Part shown: positions 45,962 to 55,979 of the stretch, piece after piece
How the letters are laid out: the number at the start of each line of letters is the position of its first letter
Numbering within the stretch: the stretch's first letter is position 1
DNA from: Coriobacteriales bacterium
GTDB lineage: Bacteria; Actinomycetota; Coriobacteriia; Coriobacteriales; UBA8131
DNA length: 64,000 nucleotides
Assembly: GCA_031288185.1 (NCBI GenBank)
Contig: JAITRZ010000049.1
Span: forward strand, 31,425 to 95,424
Direction of reading: 5' to 3'
The notes under the pieces: generated by a model
What the model was told of the DNA's origin: nothing
What the model saw: only the letters and a program-made list of their open reading frames with translations
Databases searched by the model: none
Translations under genes and position numbers: made by a program

Positions 45962-48346
45962 CTACCTGTTTTTTCTAACAGTTAACCCAGGCAAACTGCG
46001 ACGGGCGTCAATGACGCCTTCCACCTCTTTCAGATCAGTAATTATCTTGTGTATCTGAGCGGTGGCGCTAACCTCAAACACAAAACGCATCTCAACGATA
46101 CCGTCAGTGTGGCTGGAGGTATTAGCAGAAAGGATGTTGGCACCGTTATTGGCCATCGCTACTGTAACATCCTGTAAGAGTCGCAACCGATCAACGGCCT
46201 CAACAAAAATTTCAACGTTAAAGGTACTGAGCTGTTTATTATCGTCACGCCATTTTACCGCAATGATCCGTTCTGGTGTCTGCATCAAACTCTGGGCGTT
46301 AGGGCAGTTGTCACGATGCACTGACACTCCCCTGCCCCGCGTTACAAAGCCGATGATCTTATCGCCGGGCACGGGATTGCAGCACTGGGCAAGCCGTACC
46401 AGAACACCGTCAAGCCCTTCGACAATGACTCCTTTGCTGCTGTCCCGCACAGGTACAGGAACCGTGAGGCGTTCCAGTACCTGAGACACGCCAGCCAGTT
46501 GATCCAATCCGGCAATGCGCTCGGCATCAACGGCCAGGTCATTGCCTGGTTTTACCAGCTGCTTTAGGAGTTTGTTGGCAATCTGGCGAGCGCTGGCCTT
46601 ACTGGCGCCAATCTGTGCTATCAGGTCATCACTGGAAGAAAAGGCCATTTCTTCACAAACGGCGTTCAAAGCTTGGACAGCCCGCTTAGAAGAGATGCCC
46701 AGCCCGTGTTTACGCATTTCTCGCGACAAGAGCTCTCGACCCCTTAAAATATCATCACTGCGCGTTATTTTGGAAAAATAGCTGCGTATCTTCTGGCGGG
46801 CCGAAGGCGTCTTTACCAGTGCCAACCAATCGCGTGAAGGTCCGGAACTGTTCTGGGTTAGTATCTCCACCCGGTCGCCGGTTTGTAGTTCATAGCTTAG
46901 GGGCACAATAGAGCCGTTAACCTTAGCACCAACACAGTGGTTGCCAACCTCAGTGTGTATGGCGTAGGCAAAGTCTATTGGTGTTGAACCGCTGCGTAGG
47001 TTGATAACTTTTCCCTTGGGGGTAAAGGCAAAGACCTCAGAGTAGGTTAGATCGCTCTTTAGTGAATCAAGGAACTCCGCCGGATCCGTGGCATCATCAG
47101 CCCAATCCAGCATCTGATGCAACCAGATCAGCTGCTCGTCAAAAACGGTGTCAAAGACATCATCCTTGTTGCCTTTGTAGCGCCAGTGTGCCGCTACACC
47201 GTACTCACTGGTGCGATGCATTGCCTTGGTGCGTATCTGTATCTCCAAAGGGCGGGCAGCCGGACCAATGACGGTGGTATGAAGTGACTGATACATATTG
47301 AACTTTGGCATAGCAATATAATCCTTGAAGCGCCCCGGCATCGGTGGCCAAAGATTGTGAACGGCGCCTAGGCAAGAGTAACAATCAGCGTCCGTCGCCA
47401 CAATAACTCGAAGCGCTATCAGGTCATATATCTCTGAGAAATCCTTGCCTTTTTCAGCCATTTTTTGGTAGATGGAATACAGATGCTTGGGACGACCGGT
47501 GATCTTGGCCTCAACCGCGTTTTTGGTCACCTCTGCCTCAAGTAGACTGATGGAATCTGCCAGGTAATCCTCGCGCGCCTTGCGCGACTCCGCCACCATC
47601 CGTTGAATTTGCCCAAAGCGTATGGGATCCAGGTAGTAGAAAGCCAGGTCTTCCAGTTCCCATTTGAGCGAGTTGATACCCAGCCGATGGGCAAGAGGCG
47701 CGTAAATTTCCATGGTTTCACGGGCCTTGAAGATACGCCTGTCCTCAGACAATGCCTGCAGAGTGCGCATGTTATGCAAACGGTCAGCCAGCTTGATGAC
47801 GATAACTCGGATGTCACGAGACATGGCTACCAGCATCTTGCGCAGATTCTTGGCCTGCTGCTCACCCAGGGTCTCAATTTCAATGCGCGTTATCTTGGTT
47901 ACGCCATCGACTAGTCTCATCACAGATTCAGAAAAATGAGCGCGTATATCCTCCAGAGTGCGCGTTGAATCCTCTACCGTATCATGCAGGAGAGCCGCAC
48001 TGATGGTATCCACATCCATACGCAGTTCTGCAAGTATCAGGGCTACCGCTACTGGATGATTGATAAAGTCCTCGCCCGTCTTACGCCTTTGCCCCACATG
48101 GGCGGCCATCGCAAAGTCATAGGCTTTTCTAACCCTATCGGTTTCATCCGGGCCCATATAGGCGGCAATCAGCTCTAACAACTGCTCAAAACCGACATTA
48201 CCCACAGCAAAAAGAATGGCACCCTGTTGCAAGGCGCGGCCTAAAGGCAGCCCACTGTTGCTGGCGGGTGGTGTGGGGTGGGAAAAGGCGGGTTGTTTAC
48301 TCTTCATGGGTAACGCTATCGACTTTCTGGGTTTAGGGCGCGACAC
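45962..48346 (-). CDS. rel: bifunctional (p)ppGpp synthetase/hydrolase Rel
   Basis: HD hydrolase motif (LLHDTVED), synthetase RPKHLYSIYQKM, TGS and ACT-like C-terminus. Alternative ATG at 48307 would avoid overlap with the upstream gene. Confidence 0.9.
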   Translation of the reverse strand: MSRPKPRKSIALPMKSKQPAFSHPTPPASNSGLPLGRALQQGAILFAVGNVGFEQLLELIAAYMGPDETDRVRKAYDFAMAAHVGQRRKTGEDFINHPVAVALILAELRMDVDTISAALLHDTVEDSTRTLEDIRAHFSESVMRLVDGVTKITRIEIETLGEQQAKNLRKMLVAMSRDIRVIVIKLADRLHNMRTLQALSEDRRIFKARETMEIYAPLAHRLGINSLKWELEDLAFYYLDPIRFGQIQRMVAESRKAREDYLADSISLLEAEVTKNAVEAKITGRPKHLYSIYQKMAEKGKDFSEIYDLIALRVIVATDADCYSCLGAVHNLWPPMPGRFKDYIAMPKFNMYQSLHTTVIGPAARPLEIQIRTKAMHRTSEYGVAAHWRYKGNKDDVFDTVFDEQLIWLHQMLDWADDATDPAEFLDSLKSDLTYSEVFAFTPKGKVINLRSGSTPIDFAYAIHTEVGNHCVGAKVNGSIVPLSYELQTGDRVEILTQNSSGPSRDWLALVKTPSARQKIRSYFSKITRSDDILRGRELLSREMRKHGLGISSKRAVQALNAVCEEMAFSSSDDLIAQIGASKASARQIANKLLKQLVKPGNDLAVDAERIAGLDQLAGVSQVLERLTVPVPVRDSSKGVIVEGLDGVLVRLAQCCNPVPGDKIIGFVTRGRGVSVHRDNCPNAQSLMQTPERIIAVKWRDDNKQLSTFNVEIFVEAVDRLRLLQDVTVAMANNGANILSANTSSHTDGIVEMRFVFEVSATAQIHKIITDLKEVEGVIDARRSLPGLTVRKNR

Positions 48347-50370
48347 GGTTGGTCGGCTTTCATCACACTGTTTGTAAGACCATCTGTGCCTGACAAACCG
48401 TGCGGCGGCTGAGGGGCGGCCTGGGGCAGGAGCGGTTTGCGCAAAACTTTCAGCAACTCCTCGGCGTCAGCCGAAAACATCCAATGCGCAAAGGTTGTAA
48501 AGAATTGTAGCGATTTTTGCCCTTCTGTATACAGAACGCTTTTTGCCAGTAATGATTTGGACAAAACCGGGCCAGCCACAAGGCGCCAACGCGCAACGTC
48601 AGCCAGGCAAAGGCCCGCTACCGGTGCGTCACTGGTAGCGACAGGTGCGTTGGTAAGGTGCTGGCTTCGAGCAGGAGAGTGACCAGACACACGTGGGTTG
48701 GCTGAGGAAAAGAAAGTCGGATCCAATGATCGCGGAAAGTCCTCGTCGTCGGGTGCACCAAGGCCAGATCCGCTGCCTTGTGGCGACAAACGCTCTAACA
48801 GACCCACTTCTTCCAATACCATCAGCGCAAAGGGAATAGCGGCGCTGCTAAGGGCAAAAACCCCATCCTGCTCACCAGCCTTAGATTGCCTGACCCACTG
48901 TTTGCTGGCCTGGGCCAGGTACTGAGCCAGATCCTGGCGGGAGGCATGATAAGGACGGGAGCCATTTTTGCTAAATGCCTTAGAAGATTTTAGTTGGTTG
49001 AGCTGGTCAAGCAACCAACTCAATTGGGCGGCGCTGGTGGCATTGACGCGTAAGATGTTCACGTTATGCACCTGGTCACCTGGTTGGCAAAGCAGGTGAA
49101 TGAAGGCCGGGCTCCCGTCACGACCAGCACGTCCCGCCATCTGATTAAAGTCAATCAGGCTAAAGGGCAAATCATATAAAACGACACTGGCGATGTCAGG
49201 AATATTCACTCCCTCACCAAAGGCGCTGGTGGCGATGATGCTGGCAAGCTGGCCAGAACGAAAAGCTTCTTCAACTGCGTGGCGATCTTCGTTGGTCATA
49301 CCAGCATGGTAAAAACCTATCGTGCCGCCCTGCCTACCAAGCAACTTGCGCATGGTTCTACAGAGCGTCTGGCTCAACGTGCGAGAATTTACGTAGACGA
49401 TGGTTCGGTGTCCGCCTTCCAAAATGCCGGCCAGATACCGCTCACGGGTCGCAAGAGCGCGTTGGTCATCCAGGTGCAGGTTGGGCCGCCTGCTGGAGTC
49501 GGCAATGATTGCTTCTATGCCCAGGCCCTGGCAGATAGCCGCACAGACCGGCTCATCGGCGGTGGCGGTAACCGCAAGAATGGTGGCCTCAGGTGCCGCC
49601 TGGCGCAGAACAGCCAGGCGTTTGTAGTCAGCGCGAAACATCTGAGTAGATGTGGCGATGTGATGGGCCTCATCTAACACCAAAAAACCAAAGCGGCCGT
49701 TTTGTAGCAACAGGCGCGCATTGCACAGAGCAAATTCTGGGGTTGTGAGTACGATATGCAGACGGCCGGCCATGATGTCAGCATACAGGCGCTGGCGCTC
49801 CTCAGGCGTTGTTGTACCGCTCATGCTTGCGCAACGTAACCCCAAGGGTGCCAAAGAGCGACTCAATGCCTGCTCTTGATCAGCTAAAAGAGCTCTGAGT
49901 GGATAAATAAAGATACTTTGTGAGCCCTGGCGCAGCGCCAGCTTAACGGCGTGGGTTTGAAAAATGAGAGATTTTCCCCTGCCTGTGGCCATAATGGCCA
50001 GACAATGCTGGCCGCGAGCCAAGGTGGTCAGGGCCTCGCGCTGCGAACGATGCAGGGTGACGGTGCGACCAGCGATCAGGCAGGCCAGCGTCGTATCATC
50101 AGCTGAAAGAGCGACAGCACGCGAAGCAGCAGCACACGAGGCGACAGCGCTTAAATCGCTATTGGGAAAATCAAAATTTGAGTGAGCGCTCGCTGCGGCC
50201 ACAGAAGGATTGCTTGTTGTTTGAGCCCTGCCACCAAAAGAGGAGCCGTTGCGAGACACAAGCGGATGTGGCAGGTTGGGCAAGCGGGGATGCGCTGTCA
50301 CGTCACGGCCCTGTCTCAGTGCCGAGGAAGGGGGTGTCTGGCGCAGTATCATCCCAGGAAACCGGCTCAC
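48316..50370 (-). CDS. RecQ-like superfamily 2 DNA helicase with uncharacterised C-terminal region (start uncertain; GVG-type alternative GTG at 50301)
   Basis: Motif I MATGRGKSL, motif II LVLDEAHH, III VTATA, VI QMAGRAGRDG. The last ~250 aa have no motif I recognise. Confidence 0.75.
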   Translation of the reverse strand: MSRFPGMILRQTPPSSALRQGRDVTAHPRLPNLPHPLVSRNGSSFGGRAQTTSNPSVAAASAHSNFDFPNSDLSAVASCAAASRAVALSADDTTLACLIAGRTVTLHRSQREALTTLARGQHCLAIMATGRGKSLIFQTHAVKLALRQGSQSIFIYPLRALLADQEQALSRSLAPLGLRCASMSGTTTPEERQRLYADIMAGRLHIVLTTPEFALCNARLLLQNGRFGFLVLDEAHHIATSTQMFRADYKRLAVLRQAAPEATILAVTATADEPVCAAICQGLGIEAIIADSSRRPNLHLDDQRALATRERYLAGILEGGHRTIVYVNSRTLSQTLCRTMRKLLGRQGGTIGFYHAGMTNEDRHAVEEAFRSGQLASIIATSAFGEGVNIPDIASVVLYDLPFSLIDFNQMAGRAGRDGSPAFIHLLCQPGDQVHNVNILRVNATSAAQLSWLLDQLNQLKSSKAFSKNGSRPYHASRQDLAQYLAQASKQWVRQSKAGEQDGVFALSSAAIPFALMVLEEVGLLERLSPQGSGSGLGAPDDEDFPRSLDPTFFSSANPRVSGHSPARSQHLTNAPVATSDAPVAGLCLADVARWRLVAGPVLSKSLLAKSVLYTEGQKSLQFFTTFAHWMFSADAEELLKVLRKPLLPQAAPQPPHGLSGTDGLTNSVMKADQPCRALNPESR

Positions 50371-52192
50371 GCGCCGCCAGGCCTTTCTGTTGCTTACTGC
50401 CGACAGCAGAAGCGGCCTGCACTTTGTTCTCTACATGAGCTTTAACGTGCTCGGCAGCAGAAGCGGCCTGCACGGTATCTGTCTGGCACGTGCCCGTTAG
50501 TTGCGCGTCCTGGATATGCAGTTTAACGTTCAGGCGCCCGTGCCATTCCTCAAGTTGTGGGGTAACAACCAGGTCATAGAGGCAGGCGGACGCACTGGTG
50601 AGCACATCAGGTAGCAACGGACAGTTAAACCAGATGGCATCCAGCTCATAAAGGCCGCAGGCAGCCTTAAAGGCGAGATGATCCTGCCCCGCACCTACCG
50701 CCCGTGACTTTGTGACGCGCGCGCCGCTTACCAGATAAAGTGGCTCAGGATTGGCTCTGCCAAAGGGTTCCAATATCTCCAGTTCCTCTACGGCCTGAAT
50801 AGTTAACAGTTGGGAGGCTGCGTTGGCAGCAAAGTGCCCGTCCAATTCTCCTGTTGCCTCAAACAGAGCCAGAGGGAGGCTGGCCAGCGCCGCCTCAAGT
50901 CGCTTGTTAAACTGCGGCAGATCCTGGCTTTTTATGGTTATTCCAACGGCGCCGGCGTGGCCGCCAAAGCGCAGGAACATATCCTGGAGCTCTGTAAGAG
51001 CAGTGTGCAGGTTCAACTGGCCCACTGAGCGCCCTGAACCAATCGCCAGTCCGTTTTCGAGGGAAAATACGATAGCCGGTAGAGCATATCGCTGAGCAAG
51101 GCGACTGGCGACTATCCCTCTGACACCTTCGTGCCACATCTCGCCACCCACTATGGTAACCCGACGATCTGCGGGCAACTGTTCTGCCTGCTCCAGCGCT
51201 AGACCGAGCAACTGTCGCTCGCGATCACGCCGTTCCTGGTTAAGTAATTCCAAACGCTGGGCTGTCGCCTCAACCCGTCGTGGATCGTCTTCGATTAGTA
51301 AATCCAAGGCGACCAGGGGGTCATAAACGCGGCCAGCGGCATTCAGGCGTGGAATGACACCAAAAGAAAGCGCGGTGGCACTCAGCTGGGTTGCGTTGGG
51401 CGTGAACCGTTGCAAAAGTGCCGCGATGCCCGGTTGGGTGGCAGTGTTAAGCTGGATCAGGCCGGCCGCAACCAGCGCGCGGTTCTCATCAAGCAACGGC
51501 ATCCTGTCAGCTATGGTACCCAGGGCCGCCAAATCCAGGTAGTTCTGCCACAGGGCAGGCCGGCCAAAGCGACGCCCAAGAAGAGCCACCAGCTTGAGCG
51601 CTACCCCCACACCAGCCAGGTCGCCACCCACACCCCCCCTCTCCAACCTGGGATCGACCAAGGGCGTATCCAGTGGTAGCGCGCCGGAATTTTCATGGTG
51701 ATCGGTTATAAGTACCTCTATCCCACGCTGTTGCAGTTTGGCCACTTCTGCCGCCGCCGCAATGCCGCAATCTACGGTTAGCACCACCTCTGGTGCCCGT
51801 TGATAGATGCGCGCGAGGGCAGCTTCGGTCAGTCCATAACCTTCGCCTTCACGGCGAGGAAGTATCACCTGCGGCTCATTGCCCAGTTGGCGCAGCACGC
51901 GCACCATCAAGGCGGTAGCGGTGATGCCGTCTACGTCGTAGTCGCCAAAAACCAGGATACGACGCCCCTGACGAATGGCCGCCTCCAGATGCTCGCAAAC
52001 TTCCTCCAGTCCTGCAATGAGCAGAGGATCCTCCCAGGAAACTTCCAAATCGGGATTGATAAAGCAACGGGCAGCCCGTGGCGTAGTAATACCGCGAGCT
52101 GCCAATGTCTGGGCAACCAGCGGCGTTACGCCAAGTTCGGCTTCTATGGTTTGGGCGGCGCCCGGAACAGCGGGTTTTAACACCCAGCGCAT
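50303..52192 (-). CDS. recJ: single-stranded-DNA-specific exonuclease RecJ
   Basis: DHH-family motifs VFGDYDVDGITA, DCG and ITDHH. C-terminal ~55 aa extension carries an in-frame repeat. Confidence 0.9.
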   Translation of the reverse strand: MRWVLKPAVPGAAQTIEAELGVTPLVAQTLAARGITTPRAARCFINPDLEVSWEDPLLIAGLEEVCEHLEAAIRQGRRILVFGDYDVDGITATALMVRVLRQLGNEPQVILPRREGEGYGLTEAALARIYQRAPEVVLTVDCGIAAAAEVAKLQQRGIEVLITDHHENSGALPLDTPLVDPRLERGGVGGDLAGVGVALKLVALLGRRFGRPALWQNYLDLAALGTIADRMPLLDENRALVAAGLIQLNTATQPGIAALLQRFTPNATQLSATALSFGVIPRLNAAGRVYDPLVALDLLIEDDPRRVEATAQRLELLNQERRDRERQLLGLALEQAEQLPADRRVTIVGGEMWHEGVRGIVASRLAQRYALPAIVFSLENGLAIGSGRSVGQLNLHTALTELQDMFLRFGGHAGAVGITIKSQDLPQFNKRLEAALASLPLALFEATGELDGHFAANAASQLLTIQAVEELEILEPFGRANPEPLYLVSGARVTKSRAVGAGQDHLAFKAACGLYELDAIWFNCPLLPDVLTSASACLYDLVVTPQLEEWHGRLNVKLHIQDAQLTGTCQTDTVQAASAAEHVKAHVENKVQAASAVGSKQQKGLAAREPVSWDDTAPDTPFLGTETGP

Positions 52193-52322
52193 CGCTGACC
52201 TCCTGGATTTCTTGGATCCGACCTAATTGCTGATCGTGCGAGAATGGTGTGCTGGCAGCATTGTACCTCCTTTAGGCACGGTATGCGCTAAAATGTTGGC
52301 TTGAGGTTATCCACGAAACAAG

Positions 52323-53123
52323 GTGAGCCGCCGTGACGCGATTCTGGAGTCCATAGTGGTGAATAAAAAGCGCTTTGGTCAGCGGCAATGGCGTTTTTCC
52401 GATACCGGAAGAAGGTTCAACGGCCGACAGCGCCCTCTCAGGCGTAGCAACCAAAAACCCATTTCCTCGGCGCTGAAGCGCGGAATAATCTACTGCAAAC
52501 GTTGCCGCAGTCGCATAGTGAGTAATGTTGACTTCTGTCCGTTTTGTGGCAAGAGCCTGCGTCCATTTTTTGCCCGACTCTGGTTTTGGCTTTTAATAGT
52601 GATAACAGCGGCTCTCACAACAGTTCTTGTGGTGAACGTTAACCTGCCCCAGGAAAACACCGCTCCCTCAAAACCCGATCTCCCTACCATGCCCAGCGTC
52701 TACGGGGGGATTCCGGGTGCCTCCATCAGAGATCTGTCGCTTGGCACTACCATCGACAACAACGAACTGTTGGTGCGCGTATCAGCCATCCAGTTTGGCC
52801 CAACCAGCGCCGCTGGTCAAAGCATCATAATTGCCATCGTTGAGTTTCATAATCAGCGGCAGACGGCCACCACCCTGTATGCCACACAGTGGCGACTGGA
52901 GGATAGTAGCGGCCAGCGCCACGATACCTTTGTGGGCACAACCGACGACGGCAGCACCGCCACCTCCAACTTTGAGGCCCTCGAATTGACTGCGGGCGGG
53001 TATTTTGTAGGTAGACTGTACTTTGAGGGGGAGCTACCGTCGCGTCTTGTCTACCAACCTTCAGCCCTCTCCTATACCGAAGAGTTACTGGTAACCTGGG
53101 AGTTGCCTTCTATTGGTGGGTGA
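52323..53123 (+). CDS. zinc-ribbon / TM / DUF4352-like extracellular domain protein (start uncertain)
   Basis: CKRC...CPFC ribbon, TM helix WFWLLIVITAALTTVLVV, beta-rich C-terminal domain resembling DUF4352. Confidence 0.5.
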   Translation: MSRRDAILESIVVNKKRFGQRQWRFSDTGRRFNGRQRPLRRSNQKPISSALKRGIIYCKRCRSRIVSNVDFCPFCGKSLRPFFARLWFWLLIVITAALTTVLVVNVNLPQENTAPSKPDLPTMPSVYGGIPGASIRDLSLGTTIDNNELLVRVSAIQFGPTSAAGQSIIIAIVEFHNQRQTATTLYATQWRLEDSSGQRHDTFVGTTDDGSTATSNFEALELTAGGYFVGRLYFEGELPSRLVYQPSALSYTEELLVTWELPSIGG

Positions 53124-53254
53124 TGTTCTGGTGATGCCACCGGGACGGCGAGGTGCGGCAGAATGTGGGGGCACGGGCCAAAGGCACTGAGCCAAGAGCA
53201 CGGCCACCACACTGATGCCACCAGGAAGGCACGACGTGACAGAATGCGGAGGAT

Positions 53255-53299
53255 GTAGTCTTGCAGATCCTCTGCCTTTAGTCCTGCAGATCCTCTGCC
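53255..53299 (-). repeat. 23-bp tandem duplication spanning the secF stop codon
   Basis: gtagtcttgcagatcctctgcc (53255-53276) against ttagtcctgcagatcctctgcc (53278-53299), 20 of 22 identical. The real stop tta is at 53278-53280. The downstream copy reads gta, so the stop is lost. Confidence 0.85.
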
Positions 53300-54243
53300 G
53301 CAGTAAAGGTACCCACACCTTCCCCATATTTCTTATACAGCTTTTGATATTTGGGTTCACGCTGCTTCCAGAGGGCGTACAATGGTGAGGCCAGTCCAAT
53401 GGATGAGTAAGAACCAAGAATCAGGCCGATGGACATCGCAAACGCAAAATCCTTGAGGGTTTCGCCCCCAAAGAACAACATCGCCAAAACGGGAACCAGC
53501 GAGGTCAAGGTTGTGTTTATGGTACGAATCAGCACCTGGTTGACGGAATGGTTGGCCACCGTGATAAAGGAATGGCGCGTGGCTGACTCCATGTTATCTT
53601 TTATGCGGTGAAAGACCACCACGGTGTCATAGAGAGAATAGCCCATGATAGTAAGCAGGGCGGCCACCACATTAGGGGTGATTTCCCGATCAAACAGAGC
53701 GTAAATACCAACAACTATTATCAGGTCATGGATCAAGGCCAGCACCGCCACCAGCGCCATCTTATACTCAAAACGAAAACTGATATAGGCAACAATCAGC
53801 GCCAGCGCCAATGTAAAGGCGATCATTGAGCTGCGGGTGACATCGGCTCCCCACGCCGGCCCGATAGTTGAAAGTTCAATGTTAGACTTATCTAATTCAA
53901 GGGAGGCGGCTACGGTGTCAGCAATGCTGGATGCCGTGCTTGCGTCCGTCTCTGGCGTGCGCACCACAAAGCCAAAGAGGCCGGCGGTATCGGTACTTGT
54001 TTGAACTATCGGCGCTTCCACGCCCGCATCGATAAAAGCCTCTCGCATCTGTTCGGTAGTGATTTCGCCGGTATCCGTAAAATTGATAGAGGTGCCACCC
54101 ACAAAGTCAATGCCAAAATTAAGGCCGCGCATCAGCAGAGCCACAATGGATATGACAACCAACAGGGCAGAAAGTATAAAGTATATGCGCCGATGGGATA
54201 GAAAATCAATGTCCTTTTTGAAGGGCCTAACCATGTGCGACAC
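53278..54243 (-). CDS. secF: protein translocase subunit SecF
   Basis: Six-TM SecF architecture with the conserved periplasmic loop. Overlaps the secD end. Confidence 0.9.
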   Translation of the reverse strand: MSHMVRPFKKDIDFLSHRRIYFILSALLVVISIVALLMRGLNFGIDFVGGTSINFTDTGEITTEQMREAFIDAGVEAPIVQTSTDTAGLFGFVVRTPETDASTASSIADTVAASLELDKSNIELSTIGPAWGADVTRSSMIAFTLALALIVAYISFRFEYKMALVAVLALIHDLIIVVGIYALFDREITPNVVAALLTIMGYSLYDTVVVFHRIKDNMESATRHSFITVANHSVNQVLIRTINTTLTSLVPVLAMLFFGGETLKDFAFAMSIGLILGSYSSIGLASPLYALWKQREPKYQKLYKKYGEGVGTFTAAEDLQD

Positions 54244-55810
54244 CCCGATTCAATTCGCCGGCTGCCTCTGCCAGTTGTTGGTCTTCCCGCACACCCCAAA
54301 AACCGGGATACCGGCTGATGAAATGAGGTGCCAGGAGTCGAATCAGGGGCGCCTTAAACAACAACATGGTCACAATATCGCAGATGACACCCAGGGCCAG
54401 TGTCAGACCAAAGCCTTTAGTGGAACCAACGGCGATAAAGAACAGGGCCAGGGCTGACACAAGGGTAACCAAGTCAGCGTCAATGGAGGTTTGGATAGCA
54501 TGTCTGACCCCCGTGACAGAAGAGGCGCGTACCGAGCGACCCATGCGAATCTCTTCCTTAAAACGTTCCAGCACCAAAATAGAAGAATCAGCGGCCACGC
54601 CAATGGCCAAGACAATGCCAGCGATACCCGCCAATGAAAGCGTAAACTGGCCAAAGTAAGACAGCGTGGCTAAAACTCCCAGATACAGCAGGGCAAAGAT
54701 CGCCACAGCCAAAGAGGTCAAAACGCCGATACCGCGGTAGAAAACAATCAGATAGATAGCGATTAGCACCAGACCGATAATAGCCACCAAAACGCCGGAG
54801 ATAAGTGATTCCTGTCCCAGGGTTGGCCCGATAACCTGGGAGTTGATAACGGTGAGCGTTATCGGCAGCGAGCCGGATTCCAAAACAGTTTTAAGTGAGT
54901 TGGCGGCATCAAGGTCATAGTCGCCGGTGATAGCAACCTGACCGGTGGTGATAGCGTCTTGCACCGCAGGTGCAGATTGGATGGCCCCGTCCAGAAGGAT
55001 TGCTATTTTGCCCTTGGTAGGAGCAAGCTCAGTAGTGACCTCAGCAAAAGCCTGGGTGGCCGTGTCATTTAAGGTTAAATCCACTGAGTAATAGGCGCTG
55101 GTTTCGCTTTGACGGCCCAGTTGCACTGAAACAATAGCGGCCCCCGTGAAGATGGGCGTATAGCTTCCTGTCTCCAGCGCTAACCGATGATAGGTTGTGT
55201 AGCTGCTGCTACCACCCAGGTCGATGGAATTAGAGGTATACAGGCCGGCAGGAACCCGGTTGCCGCTGAGGGCCACATCCAGTTGTGAGGCATCAATTGT
55301 TTCAAAAGCAAGCATTTCATTAATATCTTGGTCTGTCAGAAGCGAGCCACTTTGCAGGGTTTGAACGTCAGCTTGATCAGACACGTCCGCCAGATTAACA
55401 AACTCCAGTACGCCGGTCTGGCCGATAGTATCCAAAGCCTGCGTTTGATCCACCGTTCCCGGTATCTGCACCAACAACTGATCAGAGCCCTGAACCTGTA
55501 CGCTGGCCTCACTGGCACCAAGCAGGTTGACGCGGCGTTCTACTATCTGGCGGGAAGCCTCCAGATTCTCTGCACTAGGAGCGCTGTTGTCCGGGGTAGT
55601 AGCCTGCATGATAACCGAAAGGCCGCCCTGCACATCCAAACCCTGCTTGATCTTTTCCTGTGGTGGGTAAAACATCACAAACGATGCCACCAGCAACAGG
55701 GCCAGCAAAATCAACAGGGCCACATGATTTCTGGCGGCGGACGGTTTTTTCTTTGGTTTGAATCTTCGGTCAACCACTGAGGAACCCCTCTGTCGTGAGT
55801 TATCCTTCAA
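54227..55810 (-). CDS. secD: protein translocase subunit SecD
   Basis: N-terminal TM, large periplasmic domain (LGLDVQGGLS-like GLDVQGGLSV), C-terminal 5-TM block. Confidence 0.9.
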   Translation of the reverse strand: MKDNSRQRGSSVVDRRFKPKKKPSAARNHVALLILLALLLVASFVMFYPPQEKIKQGLDVQGGLSVIMQATTPDNSAPSAENLEASRQIVERRVNLLGASEASVQVQGSDQLLVQIPGTVDQTQALDTIGQTGVLEFVNLADVSDQADVQTLQSGSLLTDQDINEMLAFETIDASQLDVALSGNRVPAGLYTSNSIDLGGSSSYTTYHRLALETGSYTPIFTGAAIVSVQLGRQSETSAYYSVDLTLNDTATQAFAEVTTELAPTKGKIAILLDGAIQSAPAVQDAITTGQVAITGDYDLDAANSLKTVLESGSLPITLTVINSQVIGPTLGQESLISGVLVAIIGLVLIAIYLIVFYRGIGVLTSLAVAIFALLYLGVLATLSYFGQFTLSLAGIAGIVLAIGVAADSSILVLERFKEEIRMGRSVRASSVTGVRHAIQTSIDADLVTLVSALALFFIAVGSTKGFGLTLALGVICDIVTMLLFKAPLIRLLAPHFISRYPGFWGVREDQQLAEAAGELNRGVAHG

Positions 55811-55979
55811 AAAAATCTTTCGGGATTATAACCGTTATTGCCCACAAAATGGCCAGCACAATAAAACTATCGCCACCAGCGCCCGACACCCTACCATTGA
55901 TGGATTACTCTCAGGTGAAAATAAAGTCGCGTTCAGACAATCTTTCACGCCCAGGAGCCATCAGACGGCGCACAGGCCG

